In this document: in pieces, positions 18,201-24,984 of the stretch
Position numbering within the stretch: the stretch's first letter is position 1
Layout: each line of letters opens with the position of its first letter
Assembly (NCBI GenBank): GCA_008932965.1
Contig: WBXG01000024.1
Location: forward strand, 1 to 24,984
Length of the DNA stretch: 24,984 bases
Source of the DNA: Verrucomicrobiota bacterium
GTDB taxonomy: Bacteria > Verrucomicrobiota > Verrucomicrobiia > Chthoniobacterales > UBA6821
Reading direction: 5' to 3'
Notes under the pieces: generated by a model
The model's database searches: none
What the model was told of the DNA's origin: nothing
Seen by the model: only the letters and a program-made list of their open reading frames with translations
Translations under genes and position numbers: made by a program

Positions 18201-19347
18201 TGAAAATCACGTTGTCGTAATCGGTTCTATCATTTCTGTTGCAGATGGTTCCTCTATTAAAAAGGGAGTCTCCTTCGTACAATGGGATCCGTATAATATA
18301 CCAATCATAACAGAAAAAGCAGGCAAGGTAGAATTCCGTGACATGATATCAGGTGTTACTATCCGAAAGGAAGTTGACGAAGAGACGGGAATTATGGAGA
18401 CGGTAGTTATTGAGCATAAAGAAGACCTTCACCCTCAACTTGCCATCGTAAACTCTAGCAAGCAAGTTCTTGCTAGCTACTCCATCCCTGCTGGTGCTCA
18501 CCTTGAAGTAAAAGAGGGAGAAACGGTACAGGCTGGTCAACGTCTTGCTAAAACACCTCGTAAGATTGCAAAAACAAAAGATATTACTGGAGGTCTTCCA
18601 CGTGTTGCTGAATTATTTGAGGCCCGTCGTCCGAAAGAAGCATGTGAGATTGCACGTATTGATGGAATTGTCGATATTGCCGGTACAGTACGTGGTAAAC
18701 GCAAGCTCCTTGTTCGTGATCCCCAAACAGGAGTAGAAGAGGAGCATCTTATCCCGCTTTCCAAGCATATTATTGCTTTTAAAGGTGATTTTGTCAAAAA
18801 AGGTCAGCAATTAACCGATGGGCCTGTTGTTCCCCATGAAATCCTTGAAGTGTGCGGACCTCAAGAACTACAAGAACATCTTCTTAATGAAGTTCAAGAG
18901 GTTTATCGCTTACAAGGGGTGGAGATTAATGATAAACATATTGAAATTATTATTCGCCAGATGCTGCGAAAAGTAAAAGTAACCGACCCAGGTGATACAA
19001 CATTACTTTGGGGAGATCAAATTGATCGCCTAGAATTTGAAAAGGAGAACACGCAAGTTATTGCCAAAGGTGGCAAACCAGCCGAAGCTGCTCCAGTTCT
19101 TCTAGGCATTACTAAGGCCTCACTAGAGACAGATAGCTTTATTTCAGCCGCTTCCTTCCAAGACACAACACGTGTCTTAACTGAGGCAGCAACGCTAGGA
19201 AAAATAGATCGTCTTAGAGGCTTTAAGGAAAATGTTATCATGGGCCATCTCATCCCTGCAGGCACTGGATTTCAATCAAACAGGAAGTTTGACCTAGACT
19301 TACAAGAAGAACTTTCAGTAATGGAAGTAGAAACCGAAGAAATTTAA
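15247..19347 (+). CDS. rpoC: DNA-directed RNA polymerase subunit beta-prime
   Basis: 1366-aa ORF with the zinc-binding CSCGKYK...CDRCGVEV, the catalytic [12 protein letters not shown], and trigger-loop/bridge-helix regions. Confidence 0.99.
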   Translation: MIEQETTDLLGHPSDNSFDQVQITVASPELMRSWSQGEVKNPETINYRTFKPEKGGLFCERIFGPTRDWECSCGKYKRIKHKNVVCDRCGVEVTLSRVRRERMGHIDLAVPVSHIWFYKCMPSRIGLMLDMTGRQLERIIYYEDYVVIDPGKTPLEKGQLLTESEFHEAEDQYGEDFTFSMGAEAIQKLLESMDLKKEQTAIEKQMTQTKSKQIRKKLAKRMKLVQGFLSSKTRPEWMILNVLPVIPPDLRPLVPLEGGRFATSDLNDLYRRVINRNNRLKTLLQLKTPEVIIRNEKRMLQEAVDAVFDNGRHGRAVTGAANRPLKSLSDMLKGKGGRFRQNLLGKRVDYSGRSVIVIGPELKLNQCGLPKKMALVLFEPFIIRRLKELGYVHTVRSAKKLIERQTPEVWDILDEVTRGHAIMLNRAPTLHRLSIQAFEPILIEGEAIRIHPLVCTAYNADFDGDQMAVHVPLSVEAQLEARTLMLAPNNIFSPSSGKPITNPSQDIPLGCYYLTQSPRIIPGAKEVRLPLFADAAQVEMALSEGSIKIHTRIRLQNPDRHKATVYGNSELSVIETTAGRVVFNEIWPHELGFYNKVAGKKQLGDIIWRCYRAVGQQRTVETLDRLKEVGFREVTRAGASIGINDMMIPKEKATLIESAEKQIVEVQKQYRRGIITDGERKNKVQDIWTHTGEEIANALFRTIEHNDGRKEMNPLFMMVDSGARGNRTQIKQLAGMRGLMAKPNGEIMDQPILSNFREGLSVLEYFISTHGARKGLADTALKTADSGYLTRKLVDAAQDVIITEDDCGTVNGIVVHPIYEGDEEVVSLATRIMGRVSCETVKDPITGKAVVKVNQLIDEDIALALARIGHEQLKIRSVLTCESKRGACAKCYGSNLATGDMISHGEAVGIIAAQSIGEPGTQLTMRTFHVGGTASQTFKQPIIKSKNEGTIRFNDIRTVQALDGTFIVLSKNGTIGIYGKDGRELENHVVVIGSIISVADGSSIKKGVSFVQWDPYNIPIITEKAGKVEFRDMISGVTIRKEVDEETGIMETVVIEHKEDLHPQLAIVNSSKQVLASYSIPAGAHLEVKEGETVQAGQRLAKTPRKIAKTKDITGGLPRVAELFEARRPKEACEIARIDGIVDIAGTVRGKRKLLVRDPQTGVEEEHLIPLSKHIIAFKGDFVKKGQQLTDGPVVPHEILEVCGPQELQEHLLNEVQEVYRLQGVEINDKHIEIIIRQMLRKVKVTDPGDTTLLWGDQIDRLEFEKENTQVIAKGGKPAEAAPVLLGITKASLETDSFISAASFQDTTRVLTEAATLGKIDRLRGFKENVIMGHLIPAGTGFQSNRKFDLDLQEELSVMEVETEEI

Positions 19348-19381
19348 TCATCACTCAACATACCCAAATATATATTTTCTC

Positions 19382-20149
19382 ATGTCTCTTGAACTCATGA
19401 CTGAACTACTCGAAGCTGGTGTCCATTATGGTCATCAGACGAAGCGCTGGAATCCTAAAATGAAGGATTTCATCCTCGAAGAAAAAAACTCTATTTACAT
19501 TATTGATCTCTCCAAAACGGTGGATCAACTTGTGGAGGCTACTAATTTTCTTGGAAAAATTGCAAAGAAACGAGGTAAAATTCTTTTTGTAGGATGTAAA
19601 AAACAGGCTCAGGAGGCCGTTAAGGAGGCTGCCGAAGCATCGGGTCAATTTTATGTCAACCAACGCTGGCTTGGAGGAACGCTAACCAATCTTGTGACCA
19701 TTCGTAAAAGTGTTAATAGATTGCTAGAATTTGAAGCACTGGAAAAAAGCCCAGGATTTCATAAAATCAACAAAGCGGAAGCTAGTGCCCTACGCCGGGA
19801 AGCACTCAAGATTCGTAAAAATCTTGAAGGTGTTATTAAGATGGATAAATTACCAGACGCAATCGTTATTATTGACACTGTTCGTGAAAGCATTGCTGTT
19901 GCTGAGGCTCGTAGCCTCAATATACCTATTGTTGCTATTGCCGATACCAACAGTGACCCTGATATGATTAACTTTCCAATCGCTGGAAACGATGACGCTA
20001 TTCGCTCTATTCGAATCATTCTTCAAAAACTAGTAGATGCAGTTCTTGTAGTAGATTCTGGAATACAACAAGCAACGCCTGTTCTTCCTGAATCATCTGA
20101 CGATAAGGCTTCAGCTAAGAAAGAGCCTGCTCTGACAGAAGCATCATAG
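19382..20149 (+). CDS. rpsB: 30S ribosomal protein S2
   Basis: LLEAGVHYGHQTKRWNPKM, FVGCKKQAQEAV and VNQRWLGGTLTN are typical of S2. Length is 255 aa. Confidence 0.97.
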   Translation: MSLELMTELLEAGVHYGHQTKRWNPKMKDFILEEKNSIYIIDLSKTVDQLVEATNFLGKIAKKRGKILFVGCKKQAQEAVKEAAEASGQFYVNQRWLGGTLTNLVTIRKSVNRLLEFEALEKSPGFHKINKAEASALRREALKIRKNLEGVIKMDKLPDAIVIIDTVRESIAVAEARSLNIPIVAIADTNSDPDMINFPIAGNDDAIRSIRIILQKLVDAVLVVDSGIQQATPVLPESSDDKASAKKEPALTEAS

Positions 20150-20197
20150 AACAAGTATTGAGAAAACATTTTCTATTCATTTTCAACTTCAACTGTA

Positions 20198-20830
20198 ATG
20201 ATTGACCCTAATTTAGTAAAAAAACTCCGAGAAAAAACTAATGCTGGAATGATGGATTGTAAGCGTGCACTTACCGAGGCTGGTGGAGATTTTGAGAAAG
20301 CAGAGGCTATCTTGCGGACTAAGGGTATTGCTAGTGCCGATAAAAAATCTTCTCGAGCTGCCAAAGAAGGAATAATAGCCTCCTATATTCATATGCAAGG
20401 AAGGGTTGGCGTTCTAATAGAAGTGAATTGTGAAACTGATTTTGTTGCAAAAAATGATATTTTTCGTGAGTTTGTAAAAGATATCACCCTTCAAATTGCT
20501 GCTGCACACCCTCTGATTGTGACGCGTGATCAGGTAGATCCCTCTATTGTGGAAGCAGAACGTTCTATTTATCGTGCTCAGGTGAAGGATAAGCCAACTG
20601 CTATTGTAGATAAAATTGTGGATGGAAAACTTGATAAGTTTTATGGAACTATTTGTCTCATGGAGCAAGCGTTCATTAAAGATCCTAACTTAACGATTAA
20701 GGAATATGTTTCCTCAAAAATTACGGAGCTAGGAGAAAATATTATTATTCGTCGTTTTGCACGCTACATGGTAGGGGAAGAGATCGCAGAAACCTGCTCA
20801 CCATCGAAAGATTCTTGCAGTATTAATTAA
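20198..20830 (+). CDS. tsf: Translation elongation factor Ts (short form)
   Basis: LVKKLREKTNAGMMDCKRALTEAGGDFEKAEAILR (UBA-like N-domain), GVLIEVNCETDFVAKN. Immediately downstream of rpsB. At 210 aa it resembles the short EF-Ts forms. Confidence 0.95.
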   Translation: MIDPNLVKKLREKTNAGMMDCKRALTEAGGDFEKAEAILRTKGIASADKKSSRAAKEGIIASYIHMQGRVGVLIEVNCETDFVAKNDIFREFVKDITLQIAAAHPLIVTRDQVDPSIVEAERSIYRAQVKDKPTAIVDKIVDGKLDKFYGTICLMEQAFIKDPNLTIKEYVSSKITELGENIIIRRFARYMVGEEIAETCSPSKDSCSIN

Positions 20831-20960
20831 TACATCAGGGAGGTTTTTTATCACTGCGCATCTATCAATTTCTCTTAGCAGTCTTCTCTCAGAAAACCAG
20901 ATCATTCCAAATATTCTGGCTACTGAAAGGTGGCAGGCCATCGAAGAAATTGTTCTTTTT

Positions 20961-21335
20961 TTGATTCAGCACGGATTTATCCAAGAAGAAAATAAGGAAG
21001 AGGTGCTCAGTGCATTGTATCAACGTGAAGAGACAATGAGTACAGGTATTGGTTTTGGTATTGCGATTCCTCATGCCTCCTCCACTGCTGTGAACGAGTT
21101 AACAGTTGCCTTTGGACGTTCTCAAGCTGGAGTCGAGTTTGAATCATTGGATAACAAACCTGTTCATTTTATTGTCCTCTTCTTGGTCCCAGAACATCAG
21201 TTTCAAACGCATCTAAAAACGCTTTCTGCTATTGCAAAGTTTTTCAATGATCGTTTTATGCGCGATGCATTAGTCAAAGCTCCTGATGCTGCAGCTATTA
21301 TGGATGTTTTTCGCCACGGAGCTCCTCCTCAATAA
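20961..21335 (+). CDS. ptsN: PTS EIIA-Ntr (PtsN)-like protein; minimal ORF from TTG 20961, likely extends 5' to about 20850
   Basis: MSTGIGFGIAIPHASS carries the phosphorylatable His and aligns with E. coli PtsN MGSTGIGNGIAIPHGKL. VHFIVLFLVPE...HLKTLSAIAKFF also matches. The in-frame upstream sequence LSSLLSENQIIPNILATERWQAIEEIV aligns with the PtsN N-terminus but contains no ATG/GTG/TTG (see finding). Confidence 0.75.
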   Translation: MIQHGFIQEENKEEVLSALYQREETMSTGIGFGIAIPHASSTAVNELTVAFGRSQAGVEFESLDNKPVHFIVLFLVPEHQFQTHLKTLSAIAKFFNDRFMRDALVKAPDAAAIMDVFRHGAPPQ

Positions 21336-21370
21336 AAGGCATTTGAGGAATCATTTTTTATAATGCTCGA

Positions 21371-22585
21371 TTATTGCAACGTGTTTGTAAGTATTTCGTG
21401 AAGTGTTGTAAGGCCAGAAAAAACTTTTTTCAATCCATCTTCACGCAATGTTTTTATCCCATGGTGACGCATATGCTCTCTAAGATGTACCGATGTTTTT
21501 TTTTCGTGAATGTCTTGACGTAGGAGATCAGAAATAGTGAGGATCTCAAAAATTCCAAGACGTCCTTGAAAGCCTGTCTCCTGACACTCAGAACAACCCG
21601 AAGCTTTCATAGGGTGACACATGGATAACGATCTTTCCTTTAATCCCAGTATTGTTTCTTCATATTTGGTAAAATCTGTCGGGGCTTTACAATGAGAACA
21701 GAGACGTCGCACCAGACGCTGAGCAATAATAGCGCGAAGTCCCCCTGCAATTAAATAGGGTGGTATTCCTAAATTCTGGAGGCGCATTAGAGCACTGGGA
21801 GCATCATTAGTATGAAGCGATGAAAAAATAAGGTGGCCTGTTAATGAGGCGTTTATAGCAATACGCGCTGTCTCTGCATCACGAATCTCTCCAATCATTA
21901 TTTTATTGCTGGCCTGTCGTAGCATCGCTCTTAGAACAGATGAGAATGTTCTTCCAATTTCCTTTTCAACCTGAACCTGATTGACTCCAGGAAGCTGATA
22001 TTCTATTGGGTCTTCGACAGTGATAATTTTCTGGTTAGGATGATTGAGTTCCTGAAGGCAGGAATAGAGAGTGGTTGTTTTTCCTGATCCTGTCGGTCCT
22101 GTCACAAGTAGGAGGCCGTAGGGTTGCGCTATTAAATTTTTTAATATGCAGTGATCTTCTGGTTCTAGTCCTAATTCTGAAAGACCGAGCGGGAGGGAGG
22201 AGCGCTCTAGGAATCGTAGAACAACACTTTCGCCATAGATGGTAGGAATGGTAGAAATGCGAATATCGAATATATGAATCCCACATTGGAATTGGAACCG
22301 CCCTTCCTGTGGTAATCTTTTCTCAGCAATATCCATCGAAGCACTCATAATTTTGAGTCTGCTCACGAGAGATTCCTGTAATTTTTTTGAAAGAGATTGA
22401 ACTTCATGTAACGCTCCATCAACTCGGATGCGAACACGCACGGCGTTGGAGAGGGGTTCTAAATGAAGGTCGCTGGCACGACTCTCTTGTGCCTTGAGAA
22501 TTAAGTGCGAGAGAAGCTGGATGACTGGAGCCTCCCCTTGAAACAAGGAGGAAGGGAATGTCTTTGTGGTGGAAGAGCTCGTCAT
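21371..22585 (-). CDS. GspE/PilB-family type II secretion / type IV pilus assembly ATPase, short form lacking the N-terminal N1 domain
   Basis: Walker A LLVTGPTGSGKTTT, Asp box IITVEDPIEY, Walker B KIMIGEIRD, His box GHLIFSSLHTNDA, and the tetracysteine CSHC...CSEC. ATG at 22585 chosen; the GTG at 22621 is an alternative start. Confidence 0.88.
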   Translation of the reverse strand: MTSSSTTKTFPSSLFQGEAPVIQLLSHLILKAQESRASDLHLEPLSNAVRVRIRVDGALHEVQSLSKKLQESLVSRLKIMSASMDIAEKRLPQEGRFQFQCGIHIFDIRISTIPTIYGESVVLRFLERSSLPLGLSELGLEPEDHCILKNLIAQPYGLLLVTGPTGSGKTTTLYSCLQELNHPNQKIITVEDPIEYQLPGVNQVQVEKEIGRTFSSVLRAMLRQASNKIMIGEIRDAETARIAINASLTGHLIFSSLHTNDAPSALMRLQNLGIPPYLIAGGLRAIIAQRLVRRLCSHCKAPTDFTKYEETILGLKERSLSMCHPMKASGCSECQETGFQGRLGIFEILTISDLLRQDIHEKKTSVHLREHMRHHGIKTLREDGLKKVFSGLTTLHEILTNTLQ

Positions 22586-22741
22586 AAAATAACGGGCTCT
22601 GAGTGTATAAAAAGCAAGCACAACATCATAGAAAGAAATATATTTGTTTGGAAATGGATATTTAGAAGCTCCTGGTGATGATATGGGGGTTGTTTTCGTT
22701 TCTTTTTGGAGTATGGTGGAGGGCTGCTTTTTTAATTTTTC

Positions 22742-24205
22742 ATGTTCCTAAATATTCTTTCCATTATTGGTGTTTCACTTGAGGTTATCTTGCTCTTTAA
22801 TTTACTGATTATTGTGCACGAGTTAGGGCATTTTTTGGCAGCACGGTGGCGTGGGCTTGTTGTTGAAAAATTTGCCATTTGGTTTGGGAAGCCACTCTGG
22901 TCAAAAACTATTAATGGAATCGAATATCGCCTAGGATCTATTCCTGCGGGAGGTTTTGTTGCTGTGCCTCAGTTAGCACCAATGGAGGCCTTAGAAGGAA
23001 AAACAGAAAAAAATTATGCTGATCTCCCGTTAGTCTCTCCAGCCGATAAAATCATTGTTGCTCTTGCAGGACCGGTTTTCAGTCTCTTGCTGGCTTTCGT
23101 TTTTGCCTGTATTGTTTGGGGTGTAGGACGCCCTGTGAGCGAGTCGGAAAAAACATCCGTGATTGGTTATGTTTTGCCTGGTGGGCCTGCAGCCAAAGCG
23201 GGTTTGCAACCAGGAGATAAGATTCTTTCAGTCAACGGACATAACATAACTCGTATTAATGGAATGGGGAAAATGAGCGACAGTGTGGCTTGGAATGTTG
23301 CTACAAGCACATCTCCAATTATTCCAATTCGTATCGAACGCAAAGGAATAGAAAAAACAATCGTCGTAGAACCTTTAATACAAGCACGTCAAGGATGGGG
23401 AAGAAAAAATCTTCGTCAAATTCAGATTCTTCCAGCACAGACTCCCATGATTGCAAAAGTCCTCCCCAAGAGTCCTGCAGCAGAAGCAGGGCTTCGTACA
23501 GGAGATCTTGTTATTGCTGCTAATGGAGTAAAACTTCTTAGTACTATAGCACTCGCCGATGTTTTAAAGAGAGAGGTGGATCAACCTGTATCCCTCACAA
23601 TCCGTAGGGATTTAACAAAAGATAGTTCTCGAATTTTCGTCGTAAAAATGACACCTCGTATTTTGGCTGATGGAGGAGAGCTACGTCTCGGTATTTACTG
23701 GGATCAACGAGGAATTGTCTCCCTGGTCCATCCCAATCCTTTTTCTCAAATTGCTGCAAGTGTGAGCACCATATGGGAAACACTGAGTGCAGTTGCTCAA
23801 CCTCATTCTGAAATCACCATCCAGCATCTTAGCGGCCCAGTTGGCATTATGAGGATTTACTATATGCTTTTTCAAAGTCCCATGGGATGGCGTTTAGCAC
23901 TTTGGTTTAGTGTCGTGCTCAATGTGAATCTAGCGCTCCTCAATCTCCTCCCGTTACCAGTGCTCGACGGAGGTCATATTCTTCTAGCCTGCTGCGAATG
24001 GTTTGTTGGCAAACCGATTCACCATCGTGTTCTTGAGTGGATACAAACCGGCTGTGCCTCTATCCTTATTGGTTTCATGATTTACGTTACCTTTTTTGAT
24101 ATCCTTGATCTTCCTTGGATGCACCGTAAGCAAGCTGTTCCAGCTGCTGCAACGGTGACGTTGGATCCTCAAGATACCTCTCCTAATAATTTAGAAAAAA
24201 AATAG
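22742..24205 (+). CDS. rseP: RIP site-2 zinc metalloprotease RseP
   Basis: HELGHFLAARWRG (HExxH in TM1), two PDZ-like segments (PGGPAAKAGLQPGDKILSVNG and PKSPAAEAGLRTGDLVIAANG), and the C-terminal NLLPLPVLDGGHI motif. Length is 487 aa. Confidence 0.93.
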   Translation: MFLNILSIIGVSLEVILLFNLLIIVHELGHFLAARWRGLVVEKFAIWFGKPLWSKTINGIEYRLGSIPAGGFVAVPQLAPMEALEGKTEKNYADLPLVSPADKIIVALAGPVFSLLLAFVFACIVWGVGRPVSESEKTSVIGYVLPGGPAAKAGLQPGDKILSVNGHNITRINGMGKMSDSVAWNVATSTSPIIPIRIERKGIEKTIVVEPLIQARQGWGRKNLRQIQILPAQTPMIAKVLPKSPAAEAGLRTGDLVIAANGVKLLSTIALADVLKREVDQPVSLTIRRDLTKDSSRIFVVKMTPRILADGGELRLGIYWDQRGIVSLVHPNPFSQIAASVSTIWETLSAVAQPHSEITIQHLSGPVGIMRIYYMLFQSPMGWRLALWFSVVLNVNLALLNLLPLPVLDGGHILLACCEWFVGKPIHHRVLEWIQTGCASILIGFMIYVTFFDILDLPWMHRKQAVPAAATVTLDPQDTSPNNLEKK

Positions 24206-24248
24206 TACTTCTTTTTGACAAAAGAGCTTTTATGTATGAAGTTAAAAA

Positions 24249-24782
24249 ATGAAAAAATATATTTCTCTCTTTGTTCTTACAGTTTCACTCTTAATTTTTG
24301 CTTCTCCCTCTCTTCTTGCTCATAGCCCATCGCAGTTTTTACTCACGGAAGATCAAGCAGGCAATGAGGAACCCCCTATTGTTGTTCCCTTACATAGTGA
24401 AATTGAGGTAAAGCTTCTTGGAAGCGAATCTAATAGTCATGTTTATTCGAGCGGTAGTGGTTCTCAACATGGTGAGAGATGGGAGTGCAGTTGGAGTAAC
24501 GATGATGATGATCTCATGATGATCCCACGGCCAACGGCGGAAATAATCCATGCTCCTTCTAATGTTGTTCGCTCCGATAGAGGGGAGTTTACTAAAAGTA
24601 CCGATTATCGTTGGACATTCCTTGCGCAGCAGTCCGGGGTCTCAACGTTGATCTTTAAGAAATATTACTACTCTAACGCTAAGGTGCACAATCTGGATGA
24701 TTCTTCTTCATGGAAAGATCCTATCAAAGAGATTCATTTCACCATTCAAGTTACCGATTCCAATGAAAAGGGAGCTGAGTAA
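24249..24782 (+). CDS. Secreted hypothetical protein
   Basis: The N-terminal signal peptide is MKKYISLFVLTVSLLIFASPSLLA/HSP, with no lipobox Cys. The mature part of about 150 aa has predicted beta-rich character. No family motif was recognised with confidence. Confidence 0.7.
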   Translation: MKKYISLFVLTVSLLIFASPSLLAHSPSQFLLTEDQAGNEEPPIVVPLHSEIEVKLLGSESNSHVYSSGSGSQHGERWECSWSNDDDDLMMIPRPTAEIIHAPSNVVRSDRGEFTKSTDYRWTFLAQQSGVSTLIFKKYYYSNAKVHNLDDSSSWKDPIKEIHFTIQVTDSNEKGAE

Positions 24783-24984
24783 ATAATACCATCTTAAAAA
24801 ATGGACTGTAGGAGATGGTCGTCTTGATGATAAGCAAGTCGGAAGAGTACAGCGCTAGCCCGCATATTTCACACTAAATCTATTACGGCTTGTGGAAAGC
24901 TCATCATTACTGCGTTGGTCTCGAATTGTGATTTGGACAGTATGAAACATACAGCCCGGCATCCCAATCCTTCGCCCGCCTTGT

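Noticed and set aside
24940-24984. ACAGCCCGGCATCCC / GGGATGCCGGGCTG segment considered as part of RNase P RNA, SRP RNA or tmRNA.
   Set aside because: There is only a superficial resemblance to short conserved stretches. The required flanking conserved elements are absent, and on the plus strand the rest of such an RNA would have to overlap the 24249-24782 CDS.
1-24984. Whole-window search for a defence island, toxin-antitoxin pair, CRISPR-Cas, prophage or other novel multi-gene system.
   Set aside because: Every ORF of credible size is accounted for by a recognisable housekeeping or common accessory family, except the 452-aa membrane protein and the 177-aa secreted protein. These two are not adjacent to each other or to enzymatic partners that would suggest a system.

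Overview
Moderately AT-rich, gene-dense bacterial chromosomal window that is almost entirely housekeeping. Left third: a polytopic GT-C-like membrane protein, then rfbB and rfbD (dTDP-rhamnose pathway; rmlA/rmlC are not in the window). On the minus strand, kdsB and murI sit downstream of tRNA-Arg(CCG). These are followed by a soluble two-HKD phospholipase-D-family protein, a split short-chain CHR chromate-transporter pair, and mscL. Centre: rplK-rplA-rplJ-rplL-rpoB-rpoC, not preceded by secE-nusG and followed directly by rpsB-tsf. Right: a PtsN-like EIIA, an isolated short GspE/PilB-family ATPase (minus strand), rseP and a small secreted protein of unknown function. From memory, RpoB features such as the [20 protein letters not shown] segment resemble the PVC superphylum (Chlamydiae/Verrucomicrobia/Lentisphaerae), but I cannot assign the organism. 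I see no CRISPR array, IS/transposon, prophage genes or recognisable defence cluster, and I did not find a convincing novel multi-gene system. What merits a second look is small-scale: (1) a perfect heptanucleotide tandem repeat just upstream of rfbD; (2) an unusually long, structure-rich rplJ-rplL spacer combined with no room for a leader upstream of rplJ; (3) two genes whose conserved N-termini lie upstream of any canonical start codon; (4) near-complete absence of Shine-Dalgarno motifs; (5) an orphan N-terminally short GspE-like ATPase; (6) a soluble PLD-family protein; (7) a motif-divergent secreted protein.
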